Translations under genes and position numbers: made by a program
Assembly (NCBI RefSeq): GCF_004010195.1
Contig: NC_057711.1
Location: 76,339,817 to 76,403,816, forward strand
Source: Chiloscyllium plagiosum
Taxonomy: Eukaryota
Direction of reading: 5' to 3'
Length of the DNA: 64,000 nucleotides
The notes under the pieces: model-generated
What the model was told of the DNA's origin: nothing
The model's database searches: none
The model's input: only the letters and a program-made list of their open reading frames with translations
Shown here: positions 51,641 to 62,778 of the stretch, one piece after another
Position numbering within the stretch: the first letter of the stretch is position 1
How the letters are laid out: the number at the start of each line of letters is the position of its first letter

Positions 51641-53915
51641 CATAGAGCATTACAATGCCGGACTGGCCCCTCTGCCCTTGATGTTGCGCTAACCTGTGGA
51701 ACCAATCTGAAGCCTATCTATCCTACACTATTCCATTTTCATGCATATATTTATCCAATTACCATTTAAATGCACTTAAAATTGGTGAGTCTACTACTGT
51801 CGCAGGCAGTGTGTTCCACACCCCTGCTACTCTGAGTAAAGAAACCATCTCTGACATCTGTCCTATATCTACCACCCCTCGTGCTAGCCATCACCATCTG
51901 AGGAAAAAGGCTCTCACTGACTACCCTATTTGACCCTCTGATTATCTTGTATGTCTCAATTAAGTCACCTCTCAACCACCTTCTCTCTAATTAAAACAGC
52001 CTTAAGTCCCTTAGCCTTTCCTCATAAGACCTTCCCTCCAAACTAGGCAACATCCTAGTAAATCTCCTCTGAACCCTTTCCAAAGCTTCCATATCCTTCC
52101 TATAATACACTGACCAGAACTGTACACAATAATTCAAGTTCAGTCGCACTAGAGATTTGTACAGCTGCAGCATGACCCCGTGGCTCCAAAACTCAATCCC
52201 TCAACCAATAAAACTTACACACGTGTCTTCTTAATAACTCTAACAACCTGGGTGGCAACTTTCAGGGATCTGAGTTCATGGACACCGAGACCTCTCTGCT
52301 CGTCTACCCTACCAAGAATCTTACCATTCGTCCAGTACTCTGCATTCCTGTTGTTCCTTCCAAAGTGAATCACCGCACACTTTTCCACATTAAACTCCAT
52401 TTGCCACCTCTCAACCCAGCTCCGCAGTTGATCTATGTCTCTCTGTAACTTACAACATCCTTCGTCACTATCCACAATTCCACTGACCTTCGTGTCATCT
52501 GCAAATTTACTAGCCCAACCTTCTATGTCCTCATCTAGGTCATTTATAAAATTAACAAACAGCAGTGGACCCAAACACAACCTTGCAGTACACCACGTGT
52601 AACTGAACTCCAGGATCAACATTTCCCATCAACCATCACTCTCTGTCTTCTTACAGCTAGCCAGTTTCTGATCCAAACTGCTAAATCCCCCTCAATCCCA
52701 TGTCTCCATAATTTGTGCAATAGCTTATGGTGGAACACATTTCCATTGAAATCCATCTACACCACATCAACCGCTTTACCCTTATCCACCTGTTTGGTCA
52801 TCATTTCAATGATCACAATAAGGTCTCTGAGGCACGATCTACCTATTACACAACTGTGTTGACTATCCCTAATCAACTTCTTCCTGTCGATGATTATAAA
52901 TCCTATCTCTTATAAACTTTTCCAACACCTTTCACACAACCAAAGTAAGGCTGACTGGTCTATAATTTCCAGGGTTGTCTCTACCCGCTTCTTGAACAAG
53001 GGAACAATATTTACTGTCCTCCAGTCTTCTGGCACTATTCCTGTAGACAATGATGGCATAAAGATCAAAGTCAAAGTCTCTGCAATCTCCTCCCTGGCTT
53101 CCCAGAGAATCCTAGGATATATCCCAACCAGCACAGAGACTTAACTATTTTCACACTTTCCAAAATTGCTAACACTTCCTCCTTATGATACTGAATCCCG
53201 ACTAGTCTAATAGCCTGTAATCTTCTTGACAACATTGTCTTTTATCAGTGTGAATGCTGACTATAAATATTCATTTCGCATTTCCCCATCTCCTCCCATT
53301 TCCCACAACTTCCCACTACTATCCATGATTGGCCCTAATCTATCTCTAGACAATTTTTTATTCCTGATATATTTATAGAAAGCTTTAGGGTTTTCCTTGA
53401 CCCTACCTGCCAATGACTTCTCATGTCCCCTTCTGGCTCCTCTTAACTCTCTCTTCAGGTCTTTCCTGGCTAACTTGTAATTCTCAACTTTCACGTGACT
53501 TTCACATCTCATAAGCCACCACCTTTGTCTTGACAGGAGATCCAACTTCTTTAGTAAATCATGGCTCCCGCGCTCAACAACTCCCTCCCTGTCTGACAGG
53601 TACATACTTATCAAGGACAAGCAGTAGCTGTTCCTTGAAAAAATTCCACAATTCAATTGTGCCCATCCCCTGCAGTTTCCTTCCCCATCCTATGCATCCT
53701 AAGTCTTGCCTAATCGCATCATCATTGCCTTTCCTCCAGCAAAAGCTCTTGCCCTGCATTATATACCTATCCCATTCCATCACTAAAGTGAAATAACCAA
53801 ATTGTGGTCTCTGTCACCAAAGTGCTCACCTACCTCCAAATCTAACACCTGACCAGGTTCGTTACCCAGTACCAAATCCAATGTGGCCTCGCCCCCTTGT
53901 TGGATTTTCCACACA
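51640..53915 (-). mobile_element. CR1 LINE ORF2 (about 2.3 kb), frameshifted, same subfamily as 29305-30935
   Basis: Contains LGPLLFVNFINDLDE...ASKFADDTKV, IYPRILWEAREEIA...PEDWRTVNIVPLFKK and KENPKAFYKYIRNK. Confidence 0.96.
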
Positions 53916-54104
53916 TTGTATCACTAAAGAAACTCGACATGTATAAGCATCAGCTCTTATTTTGGAGGGAAAGACAAAGGTTAAGATGGTCACCTTGATA
54001 CTGCCCTGAGAAACCCTGCTGCAATATCCTGGATGTTGGCTTTCATCCACCACCATCTTCCACTGCATCAGGCATGACTCCAGCCAGGATAGATTTTCTT
54101 CCTG

Positions 54105-54670
54105 ATGCATAAAGTAAAATACTGCTTCACCTGGAAGGTGTCTGGCTTGGACAGTAAGGTGAAAGGTGGTGAATGGTCAAATGCTGCATCTGCTGAGATT
54201 TGCATGGGAAGTTACCATGGTTGAGTGAGGAATTGTCAGGAGTGATGGAGCAGTCAAACAGTGTATTGCAGTGGGAACAGTCCCTGGGAAATGCTGATTT
54301 GTGGAGTGAAGGGGAAGATGCATTTGGAGGTGGCAGAGAATGATATTTGAATGCTGAGAATAGTGGGGTGGAAAGTGAAGGGGAACGCTATATTGTTATG
54401 GAAAAGAAAGGAAGGGGTGAGGGCAAAAGTGTAGGAAATGGGTTGGACACAGCTGAGGGCCCTGTGAACCATCATAGTAGGGAATCTCTGGTAGGGGGCA
54501 AAGGTCCTTGGTGGACGAAGGAATGCTGCACTGTTCCAATGAGGTGCAAAGCAAGCTTAAGGGCCATCTGGCTTACTTTGCAGCCTCTACAGTTAATAAT
54601 GAATTCCACAACTTCAGATCCTAGCCTTGTGACTTTTTTGTCTTTTACACGCTCAGATGTTCAGCATCTG
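54105..54670. mobile_element. Decayed Penelope ORF fragments in inverted arrangement
   Basis: Plus strand 54530-54620 resembles a GIY-YIG C-terminus (CSNEVQSKL..TLQP..NEFHNFR). The upstream purine-rich part looks like minus-strand ORF sequence. Confidence 0.5.
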
Positions 54671-54675
54671 CAGTG

Positions 54676-54831
54676 CAGAGGAACCTCAATTATCTGAAGG
54701 ACGTGTGGGGAGCATTTCGTTCGGTTAATTGAATGCTGGATAACATAGTTTAGTCTGCATTGGGACCTTGCGATCTTGCCGGATAATCCAATACTTGGAT
54801 AGTCGAATGCTAGATAATCGCGGCTCCTCTG
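54676..54831. mobile_element. TcMar-like MITE
   Basis: TIRs cagaggaacctcaattatc / gataatcgcggctcctctg|TA. Second copy at 56756-56900. Confidence 0.8.
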
Positions 54832-56755
54832 TATTTACTTTTATTCTATGGCAAAACTAGCAGTTATTAGATTTCTGAGAAGTGTGTTTCAATTTTAAAC
54901 AAATCTCCATTGCCTGCAACAAACATCCAATGACCTTTTTTTAAACAAACCACTATATCCCCAAAACTTTAAATTTCATTTTCCACAATCTTTCAAAATG
55001 CAAGTCTTTGAAGCAGTCTTTGGTATAAAGCATCTTTAGAACACAGCCTCTGGATTACTAGTCATAATATCAGAAGTGCAATGGCTTTTAACCTCTTTTC
55101 ACAAGATAACCTCTGTATTTAAAAACACAAAAGCCAGTTTAACTCCTTGGAGAAGAATAGCCATCACTTTCCATTGAAAGCCCACATAGAGGTAAAATGA
55201 TATGTTCCTAGCCCTGCCTTTTATCTCTCTATCATTTATTATTGCCCTGTCTTTCTATTGCCTGTATTATTTGCATGCTCTATATAAAAGGGACACTCCT
55301 TTCAGACCATATTTTCAGGATTGCTAGTCATTCACTAATTTGCATTTTTTTCTAGCTTTGATTATCAACTACCTCTTTGGTTTGCAAAGAGAGATCATAT
55401 CATTCAACAAATGTGATTGCAGTTCTTGCTATATTGAGTACATAATTCACAAAATCATACCTAGCTCTTTAACTTGTAGCAGCAATTTAAATGATATAAC
55501 AAAATTGAATTTCCTTCACTCCAAGTGTGGGAAAACCAGTGACCAGTGGTTGAAATGGTTCCACCATCTGTGGAAGATGAAAACATAGCTTAATGTTTCT
55601 TCAAGTTAGCACCAGAAGTATGAGTTGCTACTGCCATCCAATACAGAGAAAGATGACTACAATTCAACTTGGCTCTTTGCTCTGGTATTTTCCAACCACG
55701 TGTGCGTGGGTGAACAAAGGTTGGGTGTGGATCTTGAAGAATGCTTCTGGAAAGTTATACAAAAATTAATAATCTACTGCTTTTGACGCAGCCCAAGACG
55801 GGCTTCCCATTCTTGTGAAATAATGCGCTTTTTTTTTATTCGCAAGTAATAAGCACATAGAAAACTGTAATTATAGTGAGCTAAACTGATCCTTTGCAGT
55901 TGAACACATGTTTAGAATAGTGTTCAAAAATGTCTGAAACAGACTTGTTCGAAAGGAAAATGTTTTCATGGTAATCAGTCTCTCGGAACAGAACAGAAAG
56001 TTTTGATTAGACTGTTTAGTGTGTCTGGATTTCCTCTCAAGTTCACTTTGCCAGCTGATGAGTGGCTGGAGCTATTCCTGAGGGAAAACAGCTGCTCAAT
56101 GGATAGTTTATCTAATATCTGCAGGTGCAGAACAGGCAAAGGCCCACTACTGTATTGAAACTGGCCTTGTTTAAAGTATTCCACTCCATTAACACACCAT
56201 ACATAGATTGCTTGCGTGTCAAGTACTAATTCACTGGGTCGGAAGCTTTTAACACGCCCGGCAAAGTTCAGTTTATTGTGCAACTGTTAGCTTGCAGGGT
56301 TGCACAACCTGTGTGTGTAATCAGTTTGACCCCTGCAAATGGCCACATTACTTCTGAGCTATGGTGAATTTTAAGTTTTCTTCTGAAGTGCACAAGACCT
56401 ATTATGGCTGTTGAAGATGGCTGCTAGAGGGAATTGTTCCCAAATCTATCACTACTTCCTATGGGGAAACACCAGCACCTGCATTTATACAGTGTGCTGG
56501 TAATTTTTAAAAATTTCATATACATATCAAGGTGTGCAGTATTTGCATAATGCCTAGCTTAGGTTTAAAACTGCTGCAAGAAATGAAATGCTTTTGTTTT
56601 ATTGTCCATTTTAATTTCTACATTCCACTTATTGCCTGCTTATTTTGCCTTTCTTTCCAATTCTTCCTTTGACTTTGTTCTTGTCTAGTTGCATAGTGCT
56701 TCTCAAGTCTAAAGTGCCTGCTTTTCTACATTGGCTTTCTATTTTGAAATGAAAG

Positions 56756-56900
56756 CGGAGGAACCTGGATTGTCTGATTGACATGAGAGCGGGGAGTATT
56801 TTGATCAGATAATCAAATGTTCAGATAACACAGTTTAGCCAAGCATCGGGACCTTGCGATCTTCTTCGGATAATCCGAATTTTGGATAATCGTTCCTCTG
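56756..56900. mobile_element. TcMar-like MITE, second copy
   Basis: Shares gataaca(c/t)agtttag...gggaccttgcgatctt...ggataatcc with the first copy and ends ttcctctg|TA. Confidence 0.78.
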
Positions 56901-59390
56901 TATGTCAATAACTCCCAGATTTCATTTCTCTTTGTTTCTATGGGGACACACACATGTTACTGGGATTTTTAGTTTGAAAGAAAGGAACCAAAATTCTGAA
57001 CTTAATAAAAGTGATCATGTGGCTATCAGATTGTCTTTATAAAACCCAGTGTCTCACTTAGATCTTTTAAGGAAATCCATCCACCATCCTTACCAGAGCA
57101 GGTCTAAATGTGATTTTAGCCCTATACAAACATAGTTGATTCTAACTGCTGGTTTATTGCATCAACCACTACAGTTTATGAAAGTCCACCATCATTTCTT
57201 AAGGTTGTTTCTAAAAAGAAAAGTGATAAAATGACACTCAAGAATGATACAGGATCTCTAGGCTCACCCTTTTCAAATGCTAAAGGATAGTCTTATGTGT
57301 TGATTTAATAATAATGCCAAATAACTAATGATATAAATCCGATTTATTATTGGAGTCCAATGGTTAATGTAGACTACGTATAGTTTATTCAAAATGATTA
57401 AATGCTTGTGTTTATTGTTATGCTGTTTAACACATTCTTTACAATATTCATCAACTATTTTAGTATCTCTGAAATTAGCACAAATGTAGTAACATAGGAG
57501 AAGTAGGAAAGTGTTAATATTTTCCTGAATCCTGGTGGCCTAAACCTGTGTTTCTTATACCTCCAAATTGCAGCAGATAATTTGGAAATTACGCCCTTTA
57601 ACTGTGTATCTAGCAATAGAAATGCTTGTAATAAAACTTGCTTCTAATCTTGTACTTCTAAACAAACTGTTTTTTAAAATTTCTGGCTGCTTGCTTTTTA
57701 AACTGTAAAGTTAAGCAGGATATTACAATTATTTTTTACAGCATTATCTCTGTTTTGACAAACGTTTCATAAGTATAGGGGAAAACATTAAAACAGATAT
57801 TTCAATGTGCATTTGTTAATCACTTTCATTAGCTATTGGGCCTGTGGTAAATTTAAACTGCTGCTTTGTGTTTTTTTAAAATTGGAATTGAATGCTTCAT
57901 TTGCTCCTGCACCATAGAGTCACCTCTATGTAAATTATTTTGCAATGTTTGTATGCTCTAGTATGTTTATTGCTGCTTGTTTTCTCTGTGGGCCTCATTA
58001 TATGACAGGGTGCAATTAATGGCAACATTGAACCAACTGTACTGCATTAAAATTAAAATTTGTTTCATTGCATGTAAATGTTGTCACTAGCAGCATGAGT
58101 AAAAACCATCCTTGATAAGTTCTTATGCTTCTGTAGAAAAGCAATGCATCAACAAGTTGTAGTGCTGATGCCTCCAAGGAGCCCTTCAATCATCATTTTA
58201 GTTATATTTTAGTTTATGATTGCATCTTTGAAAGGAATGTGGAAAGCAACATTTCTAATTGATTTGTGCAATTTTAAAATTTGATTTTTGCTTTTAAGAA
58301 AATACACATTTCGATAAACATATTAAGAGGTTGATAAACCTATTAAGAGGTTATTAAGGGGCCTTTTGAAAGATGTTTTGAGACATTGCATAAATAGTTG
58401 AAAACTGATTCTGAACTGTGTCTAGCAAAATTTTTTTTTGAAAAGGTGGCCAGACAATAATAAGTCCTACAGACCAGAGCCAATCATTAGGAATGACAGC
58501 TAGAAGATTTTTTCTGGTAATGCTTAGCCTGAGGATTATCAAAGGCCAAATCTGACTTTGTTCACTGTTTTATTAAAGCTCCTCCATTAATGTATTGGCC
58601 ATTTTTAAAATTGTGGGGTTTGCAGGCTAAGCCAACATTTATTGCCCATTTGTAACACCTTTTAGAAGTTGGTGGTGGTGAATTTCTGCAGTCTGTGTGG
58701 TGTGTGTGTACACCCACTGTGTTCCCTGCACTACATGTTAGGGAATGCTGTTAAGGAATAAGTTGCAAGATTTTGATCCAGTGACTGAAGGAATTGTGAT
58801 ATTATTCCAAGACAGGATGGTGAGTGCTTCGGTGGTGAGCTTGCAAGTGGTGCTATTCCCATGTGTCTGCTGGCCTTGTCCTTCTAAGTGTCTGAGGTTT
58901 TGGGTTTAGAAGGTGCTGTATCATGAGCATTTGTAAGTTGTTGCAGTACATTTTATCGTTAGTGTACAGTGCTACGCAGTATATTGTTGATGGAGGGAGT
59001 GAATGTTGAAGTAGGTGGATGGGGTGCCAGTGAAGGGGATTTGCCTTGGATGGGTGGAGCTTCTTGAGTGTCGTTGGAGCTGCACTAATCCAGATATGGA
59101 GAGCATATTCCATCATATGTCTGACTCGTGCCTTGCAGGTGATGGACAGGCTATGCAACATTGGGAGATGGTCATTGGCAACTGCTCCCCCTGCTACCTC
59201 CCACCCACCACCACTTCCACAGGATGTTAGTAGTGGAATATTTTAGCAATGATAATTTCATTAAATGTCAAGGGGAGATGGGTCGATTCTCATTGGAGAT
59301 GGTCATTGCCTGTTATTTGTGTGGCGTGAATGTTACATAGTTATTAGCCCAAGCCTGAATGTTGTCCAGGTCTTGCTGCATTTGGATACA

Positions 59391-59537
59391 TCTTTGAGGA
59401 GAAAGTGAGGTCTGCAGATGCTGGAGATCAGAGCTGGAAATGTGTTGCTGGAAAAGCGCAGCAGGTCAGGCAGCATCCAGGGAACAGGAGAATCGACGTT
59501 TCGGGCATAAGCCCTTCTTCAGGAATTGGATTTGGAT
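59391..59537 (-). mobile_element. Penelope-type mini insertion with intact hammerhead core and 14-bp TSD
   Basis: TSD tgcatttggataca at 59377-59390 and 59538-59551. Confidence 0.88.
59491..59526 (-). ncRNA. Minimal type I hammerhead ribozyme motif
   Basis: attc-CTGAAGA-A-GGGC-ttat-GCCC-GAAA-C-GTC-gatt. Confidence 0.7.
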
Positions 59538-60655
59538 TGCATTTGGATACAGACTGCTTCAGTATCTGAGGAATCATGATATTGCTGAATATTGTGCAAT
59601 CATTAGTAAACTTCCCCACTTCTGACTTTCTGGAGGGAAGGCGGTTGATGACAAAGGTGAAGATGGTTGAACCAGTGACATTCCTCTGAGGAACTCCTGC
59701 AGAGGTGTCTTTGGACTGAGATGATTGAACTCCATCAGTCACAACCATCTTCCTTTTGTGCTAAATGTGGTTGCAACCATATATTTCCATTTGGAATATA
59801 TTATCTTTATGAACCTTGAAAGCTGAAGTATTCGTATAAATACAAAATAAATCTTTTTGAATGAAAAGTTTATTTTATTTTAATGTCCGATTGTTGTAGG
59901 GGAGTTTTCCCCAACCCCAAGTCTCCTCCTATTGGTCAATCTGGTGAGGATATAATTGTTAAGAATGATGGCTGAACCTTTTGGCCTGGATCGTAGGCTT
60001 CCCCACAGATTGGCTTGAATGCAAGGGGCAGGTATAATCCAACAGATGGCCTTCCACCCCAAACCCTTAAATTATTTTGCAGGGACATGACGGAGGCATC
60101 AAGTGCCCCATAAAATCCAGCTCTTTATCTTTTCGCAAGTTGCTAGTCTTCATCTTTAAACCTGAGAATCAGTAGGATATTCGCAGTTAGATTATATCGC
60201 TGTCATACCTAAAATTGTATTTGTCAAATGTCCACCTATTCACTTTCCTATAGGGATCACCAATCACCAATCAGAAACTTTCTGATTTTCTATCTAACTG
60301 CAGCAGCGTTGGTTAACTCCTTGACACAAAAAGTATGAATTAGTGCTGGAACAGTGGGGTCTCTCTGGCTGCTGTTATACCAGTTAGTGCCTTCAATCAC
60401 AAGACTATTTTGAGAGCCAGTGATGACTTTCAAATGCCATGTTTTGATTGAAGTCAAGGATTGCCTTTTCCTATCAATTTGTTTATTCATTAGCTTTGGC
60501 TATTTCCCACTGAATTCTGTAGATGGTGATTTCCCCCCCCCCCCCTCCTCAATGTACCAGCTGTTCACAGTACTCCACGATCGATGTTAGGCCCATGAAT
60601 TCATGTGTTGTAATAATCCCCCATTTCAAGCTTCAAATTACTAGATAAATTTGTC

Positions 60656-60744
60656 CTGATGAAGGGCTTATGCCCGAAACGTCGATTCTCCTGTTCCTTG
60701 GATGCTGCCTGACCTGCTGTGCTTTACCAGCAACACATTTTCAG
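60656..60744 (+). mobile_element. 89-bp Penelope-type insertion starting with an intact hammerhead core, 10-bp TSD
   Basis: TSD taaatttgtc at 60646-60655 and 60745-60754. Begins CTGATGA-A-GGGC-ttat-GCCC-GAAA-C-GTC. Confidence 0.88.
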
Positions 60745-61428
60745 TAAATTTGTCTTGTGCTTTGGATGGCACTATTGTACCATATTGCCACGTGTTTGGA
60801 ATAGTGCAGCTTGGGTTGAATTTTATGCTCATGTATCCATGAGTCAGAATTCACGAATACATTTTGAGAATTTGAGTCACGGCAGTTTTCCTCCTGCTAA
60901 ACAGCTACTCATGTTTATAGAACATTTCTTCATGGCTTTATAATTTAAAAAAAAACACCACAGAGCATTAAGGGAATATTGTTAAGCAACATTACGATCC
61001 AAGTAAAAGAATAGATCAGGTGGTCAAAAGTTTGGTCAAGGAGGTCATGTCCGCAGTGCTGGAAACCATTTGCTTTACTCATGTCAGTGTAATGGGAAGT
61101 TAGTGTTTTTTGAGTCTAAAGGAAATAAATGTTCAAGGATTGAAAAATTGGCTGGCATCTGCCCCTCACCATAACATTTCTATTTAAATGTTTTTGCTGT
61201 CAGTCATTATGACATTTTGTCATGAAAACTGACTTTTTAAAACTGCTATATAAATAATAGCAATTGAGAAAATATTACTCATCAATCGCAGAGAAAATTA
61301 GCTGTCTCTTTCAATAGCTCATGTCCAGTAAGAAACGTTGTTGAGACTGCGTTGCCCTTTCTCCATTCCAACCAATACTGTTCGATGCTGAAATGCCTCC
61401 TGTGTGCAACTAGTCCAGAAATCTAAGC

Positions 61429-61643
61429 ACAAAACCAGAAACTGCTTGATAGACTCAGGTGTGGCAGCATCTGTGGAGAGAAATCAGAGTTCAAGTTTTG
61501 TGTCAAGTGATGGTTCCTCAAAGGACCTAAAACACTAACTCTGATTTCTCTCCACAGATGCTGCCAGATCTGCTGAGCTTTTCCAGCAATTTGGTTTTTT
61601 TGTGTGATTTACAGCATCTACAGTTCTTTCAATCTTTGTTCAT
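61429..61643. mobile_element. Fold-back Penelope-type element with a perfect 30-bp inverted repeat
   Basis: 61462-61491 is the exact reverse complement of 61537-61566. Flanks aaatctaagc / aaatccaagc are a probable TSD. Confidence 0.8.
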
Positions 61644-62066
61644 AAATCCAAGCCAATGTAGTTGACATTATACTTTTCAGTTGCCTCCAGTCGCTTCTAG
61701 GTGGAACACCTCACAGTAGTTAATTGCATGGGTGGAAAGAGAAAAGGGAGAAATTAATGCTAAAGTACAAAATATAGCCTGTTGGCTATTCTAGAATGCT
61801 TGAAAATTGCACCTAAGAGTACCTGCTGTCCTGAGTTATGACTCTAGCTTGGTATGACTTGAAATATACCTTATTCTCTTTCCCAGATGGTTTAGCTTTG
61901 CTGTCAGAGTCTGAAATCAAATATTTATTTGTATTACAATCACATTGCTTTGTTTTGGATCTAATTTATTGAAGAACTGAGACTTTCACTGTGATCCTAC
62001 TACTAAAAGCCAAACTCTTAAGAAATTAGGTAGCGTGCTATTTATTCACTATCATCTTTAAACAAG

Positions 62067-62318
62067 ATTCGGAGATGCCGGTGTTGGACTGGGGTGTACA
62101 AAGTTAAAAATCGCAACACCAGGTTATAGTCCAACGGGTTTAATTGGAAGCACTAGCTTTCAGAGCGTCGCTCCTTCATCAGGTGATTGTCAACCGCCGG
62201 CTTAAAGTGGAGAGGATCTCCAAGAAGATAGACAATCACCTGATGAAGGAACGTTGCTCCGAAAGCTAATGTGCTTCCAATTAAACCTGTTGGACTATAA
62301 CCTGGTGTTGTGATTTTT
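62067..62318. mobile_element. Fold-back Penelope-type element with two oppositely oriented hammerhead motifs and 13-bp TSD
   Basis: TSD atctttaaacaag at 62054-62066 and 62319-62331. Arms 62106-62191 and 62231-62318, with a 39-bp spacer. Confidence 0.9.
62151..62185 (-). ncRNA. Minimal type I hammerhead ribozyme motif
   Basis: CAC-CTGATGA-A-GGAGC-gac-GCTCT-GAAA-G-CTA-GTG. Helix I is CAC/GTG and helix III is the palindrome AGCT. Confidence 0.72.
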
Positions 62319-62641
62319 ATCTTTAAACAAGTTAGCTTCCATCATAATTGAAGTATCTTCAAATATTCTATGTTACAACTTGAAATGATCCTGAGAACAA
62401 TTGTGAAATATCTGTTTTGTTTCTGCTCTAGACTTGAACTCTAGTTCTTAAATTATGAGGGGAAGTGTTTGAAGCCACTTTGCATTCTCTTCTAGCTTCT
62501 CGTACAGAAGGGAGTCATTTTTGAAAGACTTGCCAAAAGATGAGAATACTGCAGCTGTTGGCCCATATGTCTTTTTGTTGGGAAATAAGAGTACCCCTTC
62601 GTAAATTAGGTCTGATTTTCTTATCCCTGTTTCTATTCTAG

Positions 62642-62778
62642 GTTGTTTGATCATTCCATGGAAGGGTTTAAAAGTTGGGAATTCATGACCACACATTGCT
62701 GGGGTGAAAAGGCAGCAGGTGACTGGATCCTTGAAATTCATGACAGTCCTTCACAACTCCGAAACTTCAAAACACCAG
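62642..62778 (+). CDS. PCSK5: PCSK5 coding exon F (137 bp, phase 2-1), P domain
   Basis: ttctattctag|G TTG...CCA G|gtactt. Translates (R)LFDHSMEGFKSWEFMTTHCWGEKAAGDWILEIHDSPSQLRNFKTP(G). Confidence 0.97.

Larger units (their letters stand above)
58590..59780 (-). mobile_element. Old LINE 3' portion, same family as 45195-49500
   Basis: Contains CKARVRHMMEYALHIWISAAPTTLKKL and GVPQRNVTGSTIF...KFTNDCT (decayed FADD). Confidence 0.8.

Noticed and set aside
56051..56095. ccagCTGATGAgtggctgg...ggaaaac as a hammerhead or C/D snoRNA
   Set aside because: There is no stem II closing directly onto GAAA, no NUH/helix III, and no convincing box C/D pair with a terminal stem.
58313..58352. 20-bp direct repeat (gataaac.tattaagaggtt twice) as a CRISPR-like or regulatory array
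   Set aside because: Only two adjacent units with no spacers, in a vertebrate intron. It is a simple slippage duplication.
11347..62778. Assignment to PCSK6 (PACE4) or FURIN
   Set aside because: [24 protein letters not shown] and SQLRNFKTPG match PC5/6 as I recall it, not the paralogues.
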